Source: an uncultured Treponema sp.
GTDB lineage: Bacteria > Spirochaetota > Spirochaetia > Treponematales > Treponemataceae
Direction of reading: 5' to 3'
Length of the DNA: 64,000 nt
Assembly (NCBI GenBank): GCA_947165895.1
Contig: CAMVCB010000002.1
Location: 288,155-352,154, forward strand
Under the pieces are notes generated by a model. That model made no database searches. It saw only the letters and a list, made by a program, of their open reading frames with translations, and had not been told where the DNA came from. Positions within the stretch are counted from its first letter, which is position 1. Each line of letters begins with the position of its first letter. The translations under genes were made by a program, and so were the position numbers. Positions 1-10,385 of the stretch are shown piece by piece.

Positions 1-2
1 TC

Positions 3-335
3 CCGATTGATGCCCTTTCTCAGGTTAGCGGAAAAGCTGCCTGTCTTAATCCTGCTTACTACGCAGAATGTGCAAAAAAAGTTGCGGATGAACGCGACTC
101 GTTTTATAATTTTCTTAAAGAAAAAGGTTTCTACGTTTTAAAATCTCAGACAAACTTCCTCTTTGCAAAAAAAGACGGAATTGCCGGAAGCGAGCTTTAC
201 AAAAAAGTAAAGAAAGAAGGCATTCTTATCCGTCATTTTAATACAGCTGGAATTGAAGATTTTGTGCGTATTACAATCGGAACCAGAGAACAGATGGAGA
301 AATTAAAAAACGCAATTGAAAAAATCTGCTTTTAA
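3..335 (+). CDS. hisC: histidinol-phosphate aminotransferase, C-terminal fragment (5' end outside window)
   Basis: Frame 3 is open from the window edge to TAA 333-335. The translation (...SQTNFLFAKKDG...GILIRHFNTAGIEDFVRITIGTREQMEKLKNAIEKICF) carries the conserved C-terminal blocks of HisC-type class II PLP aminotransferases. Confidence 0.65.
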   Translation, partial: PIDALSQVSGKAACLNPAYYAECAKKVADERDSFYNFLKEKGFYVLKSQTNFLFAKKDGIAGSELYKKVKKEGILIRHFNTAGIEDFVRITIGTREQMEKLKNAIEKICF

Positions 336-3300
336 AAAACAGAAACTCAAAAATCTTTCGGAAGTTCAGGCTTCTGTAATAAAGGATTTCATATTTGAAG
401 CCGGATATCAGGTTAAGTTTTTAACAGGTACTCCGGGCTACCTTAAGGAAATTCCTTTATTATTCAAGGATTCTGATATTACGATTATTGATGTTGCTGA
501 GGATTTCACTCCGCTTTCTCCATTTTTATCAATTCTTTCGCATTTTAAAGTCAGCGATTCAATTCTTGATGATTACTGTTATTTTCCCCAGAAAAAAACT
601 TTCAGAACTTTTCTGCGGACAGGAACTGCGGAGCTTCGTCATGATATTTTTGTTCTGGACGACATCAATTTTGAAAAGAAGACCATCCGTCAGACTATAA
701 TTTCCCTGCTGGAAGAGCTTTCAGAGGGTCACTTCCTGGTTTTGAATGCCCAGCAGCTTTGTGAAGAGGCCGCAGATATCCTTCATGATATTGAAAATGC
801 CAACATTAAAGCTTCAATCACTTTCTGTATCGATTCTCTGGATGAGGATAATTCAATTGCCCCTCTAAAGGCCTTTTTTAATGAGCACAGAAATGATTTG
901 AACTTCCTCAATATCAGTGATGAAAGTGACCGAACTCTGACTTCAGATTATATCAAATCAAAATTTGACCGTGAATTTTCATATTCTGAAATTATGGATA
1001 TCTTCCGCAATAACAGATTTTTCCTTTCAATAAGTGAAAATAAAAAATTTGCGGATATTTTTAGCAAATCAAAGAGGAATCTGACCTATTTTCCTGAGCA
1101 GCTGAGGGGCATAAATAAAGAAATCGGACTTGCATATTTTTACGCCGGTGAAGCTGATGAATCAATCCTTTATTTGAACAATGTAATTGAAACCTCAAAG
1201 AATGACTGTACAGCTGCCGAGGTTTACCTTTATCTTTCAAAGGTATTTTTATACAAGCGAAATTTACGACAGGCCTTAAAGTATTCCCTTCTTGCCCAGC
1301 AGGTTTGTGATGCAATCGGATACAAAGAGCTTTATCCGATTGCCGTGATGATGCAGTATCTTACTACCGAGTGCTATGACGGTGTGAGTGCAATGGAGCT
1401 TTACCGCAATGCCCTTGATGTGCTTAAAAAAGCCGGTTATACAGTAAACTTTATTTATACAACAAATCAGGTGGCCTTCTTTGTTGCGGCAGACACAAAG
1501 TGGAAGGATATGATTCTTTCTGCCCTTGATGAAGCACTTGCTCTTGCAAAAGAGATAGGGGATATTCCTGAAATTGCCGCTACAACTCATCTTGAGGCTG
1601 TAATTTATTCTAACCTTGGAGAAAAAGAGCAGGCAAAGCTTTTATATAATGAAAGTAACAAGCTGAGAACTCAAATTGGCGAGCTTCCTCCTCTTTTGAA
1701 AATCAGAAACGGACTTTATTATGAGGCTATGTTCAGGGCTGATTATTATGAAGCCTACACCCTTATTAATTCAATCATTTCCAGGCTTTATGAAATTACT
1801 GATTATTCGCTGATTGTTACTACGATAAAAAACTGTGCCTTTGCATATTTCTTTGGCAGGCATTTTGATAAGGCTTACGAGCTTTTATCTCAGATTTTAA
1901 AATTTCTTCATATCATTGAATCAAAAGAAAATACATTTTATTCGGATCTTCCTACCCCGGGAGATTTAATCCTTTATAAGGCTTATATAGAGTTTGATAA
2001 CGGGGATTATGTTCACGCAAAAAATAACTGCAGCAATCTTCTTAAGGTTTATAAGGAACTTTCCGATGTAGAAAAACCTTTTTTACATTTTCTCCAGTCT
2101 GTAATTTTCCTTTCTGAAGGAAATATAAAGCTTTCTGAAGAGGCCTTTGAAGAGGCTGCTACTGCTTATGAGCAGATTTTTGTGACCCAGCAGTACAGAA
2201 TTACCTTCATGTATTATGAATATGCCTGTACTTTAAAGCGTTTCGGTTATTTTGATAAGTCCCTTACATATATGCAGAAGGGCTTTTCCATAGCACTGAA
2301 TAATAAGTTTACCTTCTATACAAAAAACAAGACATCCATGACTCCGGAAGAGTATATCAGGGGGGGAATCGATTTTGAACCTCTGAACCTGAACATGGAA
2401 TATCTTGAAGAGAAGATTGAAAAAGAATCACTTTTAAATCAGCTTCACAACAGAATTTATGAATATCAGTTCTTAAACAAGATTATGACCTTTGGTGCTG
2501 AAGCGGCAAATCTTGATGAATATTTAACTCCCGTTGTTCATCTTTTGATGGATTACATTCTCGCAGACAGTATTTATATTGCAGAAAGGACTGAAAGCGG
2601 CTGGAGGACTATTGCCTGTTCTGCCGGAAATGACGGGGCAGAAATATATCCGTCCCGCTGGGAAGAGCTTTATTTAAAAAGTATAGAAGAGAGAACTCCC
2701 TTTTTTATTTATGATAATCTTTTCCATCAGTATTTCAGAAATATTTCAAGATTTGATTTTATTGGCGGAATTATCATAATTCCAAGCCGTCATGCCCAGT
2801 TTTCTATGGAAATGCAGAATGTTTTGAATCTGGCGATTACGAACATTCAGGCTCAGATTGTAATGATTAAGCAGGAAGAACATCTTCTCTATCTTTCATC
2901 AACTGATCTGCTTTCGATGCTTAAAAACAGAAGGGCTTTGCAGGAATTTATTTCAAACGAATCTGAAAAGCTGCAGCGCTATACTCCCCGCCGCCGCTTT
3001 ACACTTGTTGAGTCTATTGCCTTTATCGATCTGGATAATTTTAAATATTATAACGATCATTTCGGACATGAAGCAGGAGACCTTTTGATTGCCTGCTTTG
3101 CAAAACTGCTTAAAAAAATCTGCCGTGCTGTAGATTTTGTGAGTCGTTTTGGCGGAGACGAATTTGTTGTGGTTATGACAGATACGACTTCTGAAAACGG
3201 AAAGATTATGGCTTCAAGGCTTTTCCAGGGTCTGAAGGAAGCAAATTTCTTTATTCCAGAGCTGGAAAAACTTTTAGGCGGTAGCCTGGAAATCCCTGAA

Positions 3301-3480
3301 TCACAATATCTTGGTTTTAGTATGGGACTTTGTTCAAATCTTGATATTCCGGAGCATCACGACCTTGCAACAGTTATGATGAATGCAGATCATGCTCTTT
3401 ACTATGCAAAAAAGCACATGAAGGGTTCTGTTGCTTTATGGAAGGATGTTGTGGAACTTGAAAAAGAGGAAGAAAACTAA
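316..3480 (+). CDS. large helical-repeat (TPR-like) sensor diguanylate cyclase, GGDEF domain with I-site
   Basis: 1054-aa ORF. The C-terminus has IDLDNFKYYNDHFGHEAGD and RFGGDEF, with RAVD (RxxD) five residues upstream. The N-terminal ~700 aa is helical-repeat-like. The only plausible start is TTG 316, which overlaps hisC by 20 nt. Confidence 0.85.
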   Translation: MKKSAFKKQKLKNLSEVQASVIKDFIFEAGYQVKFLTGTPGYLKEIPLLFKDSDITIIDVAEDFTPLSPFLSILSHFKVSDSILDDYCYFPQKKTFRTFLRTGTAELRHDIFVLDDINFEKKTIRQTIISLLEELSEGHFLVLNAQQLCEEAADILHDIENANIKASITFCIDSLDEDNSIAPLKAFFNEHRNDLNFLNISDESDRTLTSDYIKSKFDREFSYSEIMDIFRNNRFFLSISENKKFADIFSKSKRNLTYFPEQLRGINKEIGLAYFYAGEADESILYLNNVIETSKNDCTAAEVYLYLSKVFLYKRNLRQALKYSLLAQQVCDAIGYKELYPIAVMMQYLTTECYDGVSAMELYRNALDVLKKAGYTVNFIYTTNQVAFFVAADTKWKDMILSALDEALALAKEIGDIPEIAATTHLEAVIYSNLGEKEQAKLLYNESNKLRTQIGELPPLLKIRNGLYYEAMFRADYYEAYTLINSIISRLYEITDYSLIVTTIKNCAFAYFFGRHFDKAYELLSQILKFLHIIESKENTFYSDLPTPGDLILYKAYIEFDNGDYVHAKNNCSNLLKVYKELSDVEKPFLHFLQSVIFLSEGNIKLSEEAFEEAATAYEQIFVTQQYRITFMYYEYACTLKRFGYFDKSLTYMQKGFSIALNNKFTFYTKNKTSMTPEEYIRGGIDFEPLNLNMEYLEEKIEKESLLNQLHNRIYEYQFLNKIMTFGAEAANLDEYLTPVVHLLMDYILADSIYIAERTESGWRTIACSAGNDGAEIYPSRWEELYLKSIEERTPFFIYDNLFHQYFRNISRFDFIGGIIIIPSRHAQFSMEMQNVLNLAITNIQAQIVMIKQEEHLLYLSSTDLLSMLKNRRALQEFISNESEKLQRYTPRRRFTLVESIAFIDLDNFKYYNDHFGHEAGDLLIACFAKLLKKICRAVDFVSRFGGDEFVVVMTDTTSENGKIMASRLFQGLKEANFFIPELEKLLGGSLEIPESQYLGFSMGLCSNLDIPEHHDLATVMMNADHALYYAKKHMKGSVALWKDVVELEKEEEN

Positions 3481-3514
3481 TATAAAATCAAACAAAAAAT
3501 AAAGGAATTGCATT

Positions 3515-4207
3515 ATGAAATTTTTAGTATTGAGCGATTTGCATGCAAACAATTCAATCCTGGACAAAATGGACGAACAGTTTTCTAAGGCTGACGGCGT
3601 TATTTTTGCAGGTGATTTTGCTGAATGCTTTAAGCCTGAAACCGGTAAGGCGGCCCTGGAAGCTTTGTGCAGAAAGCATGATTCGATTTTTGCCGTACTG
3701 GGAAACTGTGATGAGCCTGAATTCATAGAAGAACTGGAAGAACAGGACATCTGTATTGAACGAAGCCTTGTTTTTCATGAAGGTCTTGCTTTTGCCGGAA
3801 GTGGCGGCGGAACTTACTTTACGGGAAAAACTGCAAATGAGCGCCAGGAAAATGAGATTTTAAGTGATTTTAATATTGTGGAAAATTCTGTAAAGGATAC
3901 CGGCGATGCTTCTTTGTGGAAGAGCCTTATTCTTGTAAGTCACAATCCCCCTAAAGATACAAAATGTGATGCAGTAAATGAAGAACTTCATGCGGGAAGC
4001 CAGCTGTTTACAGATTTTATCAAAGAAAATCAGCCTCTTGCCGTAATCTGCGGACATATTCATGAGGGAAGGGCAATTGATAAGATTGGAGAAACTGTGG
4101 TAATTAACCCGGGCCCGCTTCTGGAATCAAATTATGCCTGGCTCGAAGTTGAAAAGAAAGACGGAGAGTGGAAGGTTATAGACGCCAGACTTTGTAAAGT
4201 AGAATAG
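3515..4207 (+). CDS. calcineurin-like metallophosphoesterase
   Basis: Ordered motifs LSDLH, GDFAE, GNCDE, HNPP and GHIHEG match the DxH/GD/GNH(D/E)/H/GH signature. Confidence 0.85.
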   Translation: MKFLVLSDLHANNSILDKMDEQFSKADGVIFAGDFAECFKPETGKAALEALCRKHDSIFAVLGNCDEPEFIEELEEQDICIERSLVFHEGLAFAGSGGGTYFTGKTANERQENEILSDFNIVENSVKDTGDASLWKSLILVSHNPPKDTKCDAVNEELHAGSQLFTDFIKENQPLAVICGHIHEGRAIDKIGETVVINPGPLLESNYAWLEVEKKDGEWKVIDARLCKVE

Positions 4208-4214
4208 ATTTTTA

Positions 4215-5162
4215 TTATTCTTCAGCCTCTTGCTGAGAGGCTTCTTTTACTGTGCAGGCAATCCTGAATCCAAAGTAATTATAACATTCGTTAGGATCAA
4301 AGCTGTAGCGGTCGCCGCAATAACAGAAAAGTGTGTATTCTGAAAAGCTGCCGCCGCGGCTGATTCTTTCATAGCCTACCTTTTTGCCGTAAGGCTCTTC
4401 ATCGCTATAAGCTCCATACCAGTCCCAGCAGAATTCCAGTGCGTTTCCGCTCATGTCATAAATTCCGGCGCTGTTTGCATTACCCGTTCCCGGAAGAGAA
4501 ATATTTTCAGGGTCAAAAGGAAGTCCTGCTGTTCCTACTGTATGGGTTTGTGAGGCATTGGCAGAAATCCATGAGTACAAAAGCTCTTCATCCGGATCTC
4601 CGCTCCCTATTGCTCCGCTTACAGTGTTTCCTGTCTGAAATCCTCTTCTTGTGCGTCTTGCCGCATATTCCCATTCAGCCTCAGAAGGAAGTCTGAAGCC
4701 GTCATTATTCCAAAGACATTCTGCAAGGTCACAGGCAGCTGTATCACTTGAATCCCTCAAAACATTTCCTTCATAAACATAACAGGGATTTCGGTTCTGC
4801 AGCTCGCTGAGGGCATTGCACCAGACTATTGCATCATACCAGCATATCATTGTTACAGGCTGATTTGAATTTTCTTCATTGGGGATTGCTGCCCTTCTTC
4901 CAGAGGAGCCGGGCTGTCCGGGATTTGCAAAATTATATCCGAGCTTTTCTGCCTGAGTCCTTACTTCATACCAGAGGGCATAAGTTGTTTCGTATTTATT
5001 GATTGAAAAAGGGGAAAGCTCACGCACAACCACATATGACTGTGTATCCTGTCCCTGAACGAAGGTTAGAGTAGATTTAAATGTCACAAGGCTTATCGGA
5101 GTAAAGGCCGTTAGTGTTGCACAGCACAAAGCCAACAGCAGAATGACAAAACTTTTTTTCAT
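4215..5162 (-). CDS. exported FGE-sulfatase (SUMF1) domain protein
   Basis: N-terminal signal peptide (MKKSFVILLLALCCATL). Contains FRLPSEAEWEYAAR and RGGSF...FGFR blocks typical of the formylglycine-generating-enzyme fold. Confidence 0.8.
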   Translation of the reverse strand: MKKSFVILLLALCCATLTAFTPISLVTFKSTLTFVQGQDTQSYVVVRELSPFSINKYETTYALWYEVRTQAEKLGYNFANPGQPGSSGRRAAIPNEENSNQPVTMICWYDAIVWCNALSELQNRNPCYVYEGNVLRDSSDTAACDLAECLWNNDGFRLPSEAEWEYAARRTRRGFQTGNTVSGAIGSGDPDEELLYSWISANASQTHTVGTAGLPFDPENISLPGTGNANSAGIYDMSGNALEFCWDWYGAYSDEEPYGKKVGYERISRGGSFSEYTLFCYCGDRYSFDPNECYNYFGFRIACTVKEASQQEAEE

Positions 5163-5342
5163 ACTTTTCTTAATTTTACAACCTTTTTATAAAAAGTGCA
5201 AAGGCACCATAAAAAATAGATAAAAATCATAAAAAAACAAAAAAAATCACAAATTTTTGAAGAAATTTTAAAAAACATTGCCGGAATTTGAATTTCAGGG
5301 GGACTTTATAGGTGTAAGGAAAAAGTCTGGAGGATAAAAAAA

Positions 5343-7322
5343 TTGAAAAAAGTATTATGCCTGCTGCTTCTGCTCACTTTCTGGTATTCGGTATGGGGAC
5401 TTGGCGGAGAAAAATATTACAGCTGGGATTTTTCTGACTGTGATGTAAAGGATGTGCTCTTTGCGGTTTCTATGGATACCGGGGTTCCTATTCTTGCTGA
5501 TGACACAGTGAGCGGAAAATGTGACCTTCGTTTTATCGGTAATGATTTTTCAAAGGCTTTTGATGCTTTTCTGGAAAGCTGCCGCCTTTATGCGGATAAG
5601 AGCGGCGAAGTCTGGAAGGTGAGCCGGGTTCGTGTGACCGTAGAAAATTCTATTTACTCTATTGATGCTTATGACGTAAGTCCTGTTACTCTTCTTGAAA
5701 AGCTTAGCGGAAAGACAGATGCAGTTATTACTTATGATTCCCTTCCATCTTCAAAGATGAGCATACATTTTAAGGGACTTAGTCTTACAGAGCTGATGAA
5801 CAGTCTTGCACGCAGCTTTGGTGCCTATGAATCGGTAAAAAGTGAGAAGGGCTTCCATTTTGTAAGGAAAAATGAAAATCAGCTGAGACATGGCGGAACG
5901 GACGGCTTTGTGCGCATTACGAGAAACGTTTCCGGCGGATTTGACGTGGATGTGCGGGAGGGAACTTTTCTGGAGGTGCTTGACCGTCTTTTTTATATCG
6001 CAGACGAAGGGGAAGGGAGTTTTTGCCTTTTTTCTAACGGGGAAACAAAGCTTTTGAGGACTGTTTTTTCCGGCAGGGATTTTGAAGATACTCTTGAAAA
6101 GCTTTGCAGTCAGAACGGATTTAAATGTGTATTAAGTGACGGAATATATTACTTTGCAGGGGATTCAAATGCAAAAATGGACCTGGTTCACGGTAAGCGT
6201 AACTGGGAGCGTTTTGATTTGAAATATTCAAAGGCAGATACTTTTATTGCCCTCGCAACCCGTCAGCTGGGAAAGTTTGAAAATTTTTGTCTGCCGGATA
6301 AGAGCGGTTTTTATGCCTTTGTAAATACAGAAGAAAAAGCCCTGATAGAAAAACTTGTGGAAGATTCTGATAAGAAGCTTCTGACCCATCTTGTAAACCT
6401 TAAATATTTAAAACCGGATGAGTTTTTAAAGCATCTTCCTCCCGATTTTAACCGGGAAAGTTTTTCTCTTGCGGATGATAATTCCTGCCTTTACTTTACA
6501 GGCAGTCAGAATGCTTATGAAAGTCTCTGCTCTCAGCTGATTTTATGTGACCGCCCGGTTCAGAGAATCAGTTATGATCTTTTGATTCTGCAGTATGACG
6601 AGGGTATGCAGAATTCCTGGACGCCTGTTTTTTCTGCGGAAAAAATGTCTATGGGAGACCGAACCTCAGCATCAGCAATTCTTGGAAACGTAATGAATCT
6701 GAACATGAATGTTGTCGGAGTTTTTGGAATGAATTTTGCCGCCAGTCTTCAGGCTTCAATTGAAGAAAATAAAACAAAGGTTTTTGCAGATACAAGCCTT
6801 CATGGGGTGAACGGAAAGAAAATCAATTTTCAAAGTACAAATACCTACCGCTATCGTGACAACAATCTGGATCCGGAAACAGGCAAGCCTGTTTATTCTG
6901 GTGTTACCAGGGAAATTACTTCAGGAATAAAGCTTGAGGTTCTGGGCTGGGTTAGCGGTGACGGAATGATTACAAGCTCTGTTACGGCAAGTCTTTCACG
7001 ACAGGGAACCGATACTTCTTCTTCAACCGGAAATCCGCCTCCAACAAGTGAAAAAATTGTAACGACTGAAGTCCGCGGAAAGAGCGGTGAACCTGTGGTT
7101 TTGAGCGGACTGGTCCAGAATCAGGAAAGTAAAGAAGAAAAAAGAACGCCTTTTATTTCAAAAATTCCATTAATAGGAAGGCTCTTCAAAAGCAGTGCAA
7201 AAATAAGTGAAAAAAGCCAGATGGTTATTTATCTTGTGCCGCATCTTGAGGGCTATGAAAAGAAAAGCAGGCTTTATGACCGGGAGTGGGCAGCCAGAAA
7301 ACTGCTGGAAATTGAAAGCTGA
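5343..7322 (+). CDS. secretin (GspD/PilQ family outer-membrane channel)
   Basis: Signal peptide. The C-terminal secretin domain ends in GEPVVLSGLVQN...RTPFISKIPLIGRLFKS...MVIYLVPHL. TTG start lies 8 nt after GGAGGA. Confidence 0.9.
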   Translation: MKKVLCLLLLLTFWYSVWGLGGEKYYSWDFSDCDVKDVLFAVSMDTGVPILADDTVSGKCDLRFIGNDFSKAFDAFLESCRLYADKSGEVWKVSRVRVTVENSIYSIDAYDVSPVTLLEKLSGKTDAVITYDSLPSSKMSIHFKGLSLTELMNSLARSFGAYESVKSEKGFHFVRKNENQLRHGGTDGFVRITRNVSGGFDVDVREGTFLEVLDRLFYIADEGEGSFCLFSNGETKLLRTVFSGRDFEDTLEKLCSQNGFKCVLSDGIYYFAGDSNAKMDLVHGKRNWERFDLKYSKADTFIALATRQLGKFENFCLPDKSGFYAFVNTEEKALIEKLVEDSDKKLLTHLVNLKYLKPDEFLKHLPPDFNRESFSLADDNSCLYFTGSQNAYESLCSQLILCDRPVQRISYDLLILQYDEGMQNSWTPVFSAEKMSMGDRTSASAILGNVMNLNMNVVGVFGMNFAASLQASIEENKTKVFADTSLHGVNGKKINFQSTNTYRYRDNNLDPETGKPVYSGVTREITSGIKLEVLGWVSGDGMITSSVTASLSRQGTDTSSSTGNPPPTSEKIVTTEVRGKSGEPVVLSGLVQNQESKEEKRTPFISKIPLIGRLFKSSAKISEKSQMVIYLVPHLEGYEKKSRLYDREWAARKLLEIES

Positions 7323-7343
7323 TAGAGCAAGGGGGCTTAAATT

Positions 7344-8738
7344 ATGAAGGATTTTAAATTCAGACTGACACCTGCCTACTGTCTGTACAATGGTGTCGCA
7401 GTAATCGAACAGAAGGGAACCCAAATCAGGTTTTTGATTGAAAACGACAGGGATTTGATTTTACAGCAGAGGCTTAAAAATGCATTCGATTCTTTTCTGG
7501 AATCGGTAACAAAGCAGAAAGACTGTCCTGAAATTTACAGAAGGCTTCCTCTTGTTGAATTTGAAAGGGGGAGCAGAAAGTCTTTACGGAAAATTGTCTC
7601 TGAGCTTTATCAGGCGGATTCTTTTTCTCCTGCCGGTGAGGCGAAATCTTCTGAAGCGGCTCTTTCTGCAGATAAGGAAGCTGCTGCAGTTCTTCTTCTG
7701 GATAAACTTCTGGAAGACGGACGGACAAAAAAGGCTACTGATATTCATATTGAAAATAATGTTGTCCGATATCGTGTTTTTGGGCGGATTGAGAAGGGGA
7801 TGGAGCTTATTTCTGAGCGTGCAGAAGAGCTTGTCCAGAGAATCAAACTTCTTTCCGGTATGAACGTGCTTGAAAAAAACAGAAGTCAGGACGGACATTT
7901 TATATATGGAAGAAATAATCCGCTTTTTGTAAGGGCCTCTACAATGTGCGTAATTTCCAGCGGTATGCAGACTACAGAATCTCTTGTGCTGAGGCTTTTA
8001 GACAGCAGCCGTATTCCTCTTAATCTTGAAAAGCTGGGCTTTAATTCTTTTCAGCTGGAAAAGCTTGAAAAATTGTGCGGGCTGAAAAACGGTTTAGTTC
8101 TTGTTACAGGAGCAACAGGAAGCGGAAAATCAACAACGGCTGCTTCGATCCTTATGGAAATTGTGAGGTTACGGGGCGGAGGCGTAAAAATAATTTCGCT
8201 GGAGGATCCCCCTGAATATGTGATTCCCGGTGTCTGCCAGATCCGCCTTGATGAAAAAGTAGAGGACAGTTTTGACAATGCCCTGAAGCACCTTTTCAGA
8301 CAGGATCCTGATGTAATTATGATTGGGGAAATAAGGGATGAAAAAACTGCCAGAACGGCTGTACGGGCCGCTCTTACGGGGCACCTTGTTTTTGGAACGG
8401 TACACTCCTCTAGTGCCGGCGCCAGCTTTCTTCGTCTTAAAGATCTGGGGGCTGATGAAAAGGTGCTTGCTTCGGTTCTAAAAGGGGTAATCTGTCAGGA
8501 GCTTGAATATGATGAAAAGCTCAGGGAGGTTTCTCTTCTTGCTGATCTTGCTCTTCCGTCATTTGACTTTTCGATTCTGGCAGATAAGGCCCTGACTGAA
8601 AAAGGACTGGAAGAACTCTTTAATCATTATGAAAACTACGGGGATGCCGTTTTACGTTCTGTTGAAAAACTCAGGAACAGAGTTCTTCCAGTTATCAATC
8701 ATAAAAAATCAGAAAAGAAAGGAGCCGGCTATGTTTGA
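7344..8738 (+). CDS. GspE/PilB-type secretion ATPase
   Basis: Walker A GATGSGKST, Asp box, Walker B DPDVIMIGEIRD and His box GHLVFGTVHS. Has a GspE-like N-terminal domain. No CxxC...CxxC zinc motif was seen. Confidence 0.9.
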   Translation: MKDFKFRLTPAYCLYNGVAVIEQKGTQIRFLIENDRDLILQQRLKNAFDSFLESVTKQKDCPEIYRRLPLVEFERGSRKSLRKIVSELYQADSFSPAGEAKSSEAALSADKEAAAVLLLDKLLEDGRTKKATDIHIENNVVRYRVFGRIEKGMELISERAEELVQRIKLLSGMNVLEKNRSQDGHFIYGRNNPLFVRASTMCVISSGMQTTESLVLRLLDSSRIPLNLEKLGFNSFQLEKLEKLCGLKNGLVLVTGATGSGKSTTAASILMEIVRLRGGGVKIISLEDPPEYVIPGVCQIRLDEKVEDSFDNALKHLFRQDPDVIMIGEIRDEKTARTAVRAALTGHLVFGTVHSSSAGASFLRLKDLGADEKVLASVLKGVICQELEYDEKLREVSLLADLALPSFDFSILADKALTEKGLEELFNHYENYGDAVLRSVEKLRNRVLPVINHKKSEKKGAGYV

Positions 8739-9675
8739 TAAAAATATGCACCGCTTTCTTAAGATTCTGCATCATCTTTATGCGGAACAGGGAATGGGGC
8801 TGACTGATTGCCTTGAGATTATCGGGAAGATGAAGAAGTCAAAGCCTTTGAGTAAGACGGCTTTATATCTGGAAGGAGAATTGAAGAGGGGAAACAGGCT
8901 TTCTAATGCTCTCAGAACCTGCCCTTATGTTAATTTTGACACTTTAACGGTAGCTTTTGTGGATTTTTCACAGAGAACCGGAAATTTGAGTGAAAGTCTT
9001 GGATTTTTGAAGGAAAGATGTGAGAGAAAAGAAAAGGCAGCTTCCAGGGTATTTGAAGCTTCCATCTATCCTGTATTTGTAATTCTTTTAAGTGTTTTTG
9101 TATCTGCCCTGATGATTTTTTACGCGAAGTCTCTTCTGGGAGAAAATTTCGTAAAAACTTCGCTTATCAGGACTCTTTTTTATGATTTATCTTTTCTTTT
9201 TGCTTTTTGCGGACTTATGGTCTGGGTGTTAAAAAGAAATCTTTCTGACAGTCCTTTATATGAAGCCTTTCTTTCCACCGGTTTTTTAATCCGCTATGGA
9301 GTAAATGCCTCTGTGGCTCTTGGACTTGGCGCAAATATTCTTGGACTGGAAACGAAAGCCGGGCAATCTTTTTTGAAGGCGCGTCGGAGGATGGAAGATG
9401 GAATAGAACTTGATAAGGCTTTTTGCGGTGAAAAAAAAGGAATTGGAAATTATAGCAGGGAAATTCAGGAGGCATTTTACTATGCCGGGAAATCAGGAGG
9501 AAAAAATGATGTGTTTGAAAGAATTGCGGGGATTCTTGGAAAGAAGCTTGAAAGAAAAACCGCCTTATTACTTTCGCTGGTAGAACCGGTCTTTGTCGGA
9601 GGAACCGGAATCTTTTTGATTCTACTTATGGCTAACTTTTTGATGCCGGTTATAAATGGACTAAATCTGGTCTAA
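8731..9675 (+). CDS. GspF/PilC-type inner-membrane platform protein
   Basis: ATG 8731 lies 6 nt after GGAG and overlaps the gspE stop. Two T2SSF-like cytoplasmic segments are separated by TM helices. The extension to 8629 in the ORF track sits inside gspE and was ignored. Confidence 0.8.
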   Translation: MFDKNMHRFLKILHHLYAEQGMGLTDCLEIIGKMKKSKPLSKTALYLEGELKRGNRLSNALRTCPYVNFDTLTVAFVDFSQRTGNLSESLGFLKERCERKEKAASRVFEASIYPVFVILLSVFVSALMIFYAKSLLGENFVKTSLIRTLFYDLSFLFAFCGLMVWVLKRNLSDSPLYEAFLSTGFLIRYGVNASVALGLGANILGLETKAGQSFLKARRRMEDGIELDKAFCGEKKGIGNYSREIQEAFYYAGKSGGKNDVFERIAGILGKKLERKTALLLSLVEPVFVGGTGIFLILLMANFLMPVINGLNLV

Positions 9676-9688
9676 GGGAGGAATTTTC

Positions 9689-10192
9689 ATGAAATCAAAA
9701 AAGAAGGAAATAAAAAATGCGAAGAATAAAAAAACAAAGAAAAAACAGCTTGAAGCAGAAGCTTTTACCTTTGTCGAGACGCTTGCAGTCCTTGCAATCG
9801 GGGCAATTATTACGGCAGGCAGCAGTATGTCGGCAACAAGACTTATCAGCCTTGCAAGAAAAACGGCGGCAAAAAATCAAATCAGCCAGTATTCACAGGC
9901 CCTGCAAAGCTACTTTCTTGATTGCGGAAGATTTCCGACGACGGAGCAGGGAATCGATGCGCTTTGGACAAAGCCGGACTTGTATCCAGTTCCTGAAAAC
10001 TGGAAAGGGCCTTATCTCGACCGCAAACCGGGAAAAGACCCCTGGGGTGGAAATTTTGACTATATCAGCGCTGAAAGTTCAGCCTTGCCGTCAGAGGTTT
10101 GTGAGAATCTGCCCTATGTACTTTTATGCTATGGGGCGGACGGGAAAAAAGGCGGCAGCGGCGAAGGAGAAGATATTGTTTCCTGGGAATAA
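9689..10192 (+). CDS. GspG-like major pseudopilin with an atypically long basic leader
   Basis: Prepilin-type N-terminus ...EAEA/FTFVETLAVLAIGAIITAG, with Glu at +5. GspG-like body (DLYPVPENWKGPYL, KDPWGGNFDY). GGGAGG Shine-Dalgarno sequence upstream. Confidence 0.85.
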   Translation: MKSKKKEIKNAKNKKTKKKQLEAEAFTFVETLAVLAIGAIITAGSSMSATRLISLARKTAAKNQISQYSQALQSYFLDCGRFPTTEQGIDALWTKPDLYPVPENWKGPYLDRKPGKDPWGGNFDYISAESSALPSEVCENLPYVLLCYGADGKKGGSGEGEDIVSWE

Positions 10193-10211
10193 ATTTATAA
10201 ATACAGCAGTA

Positions 10212-10385
10212 ATGACAGCTCTTGTTATCTGTTTTGCCCTCTATTTTACGACTGCAAGATCAAAGGCGGCTGGAGAAGTTATGAGATGGCAGAAAGAAGC
10301 TTCTTTTGAAAGATGCAGACTGGAATTGGATAACCAGAATGAACTTTCGGATATTAGTGAAATCAAGATAAGCTGGCTGCCATGA
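10212..10385 (+). CDS. candidate small membrane protein (57 aa)
   Basis: ATG 10212 in the frame of ORF 9717-10385, downstream of the gspG stop. Hydrophobic N-terminus MTALVICFALYFTT. Its stop overlaps the next start (ATGA). No recognisable motif. Confidence 0.3.
   Translation: MTALVICFALYFTTARSKAAGEVMRWQKEASFERCRLELDNQNELSDISEIKISWLP

Noticed and set aside
9717-10385. 222-aa ORF in an alternative frame across gspG.
   Set aside because: Most of it overlaps the well-supported GspG-like CDS and translates to low-complexity Arg/Lys/Gln-rich sequence. Only its last 57 codons (10212-10385) were kept, as a low-confidence small CDS.
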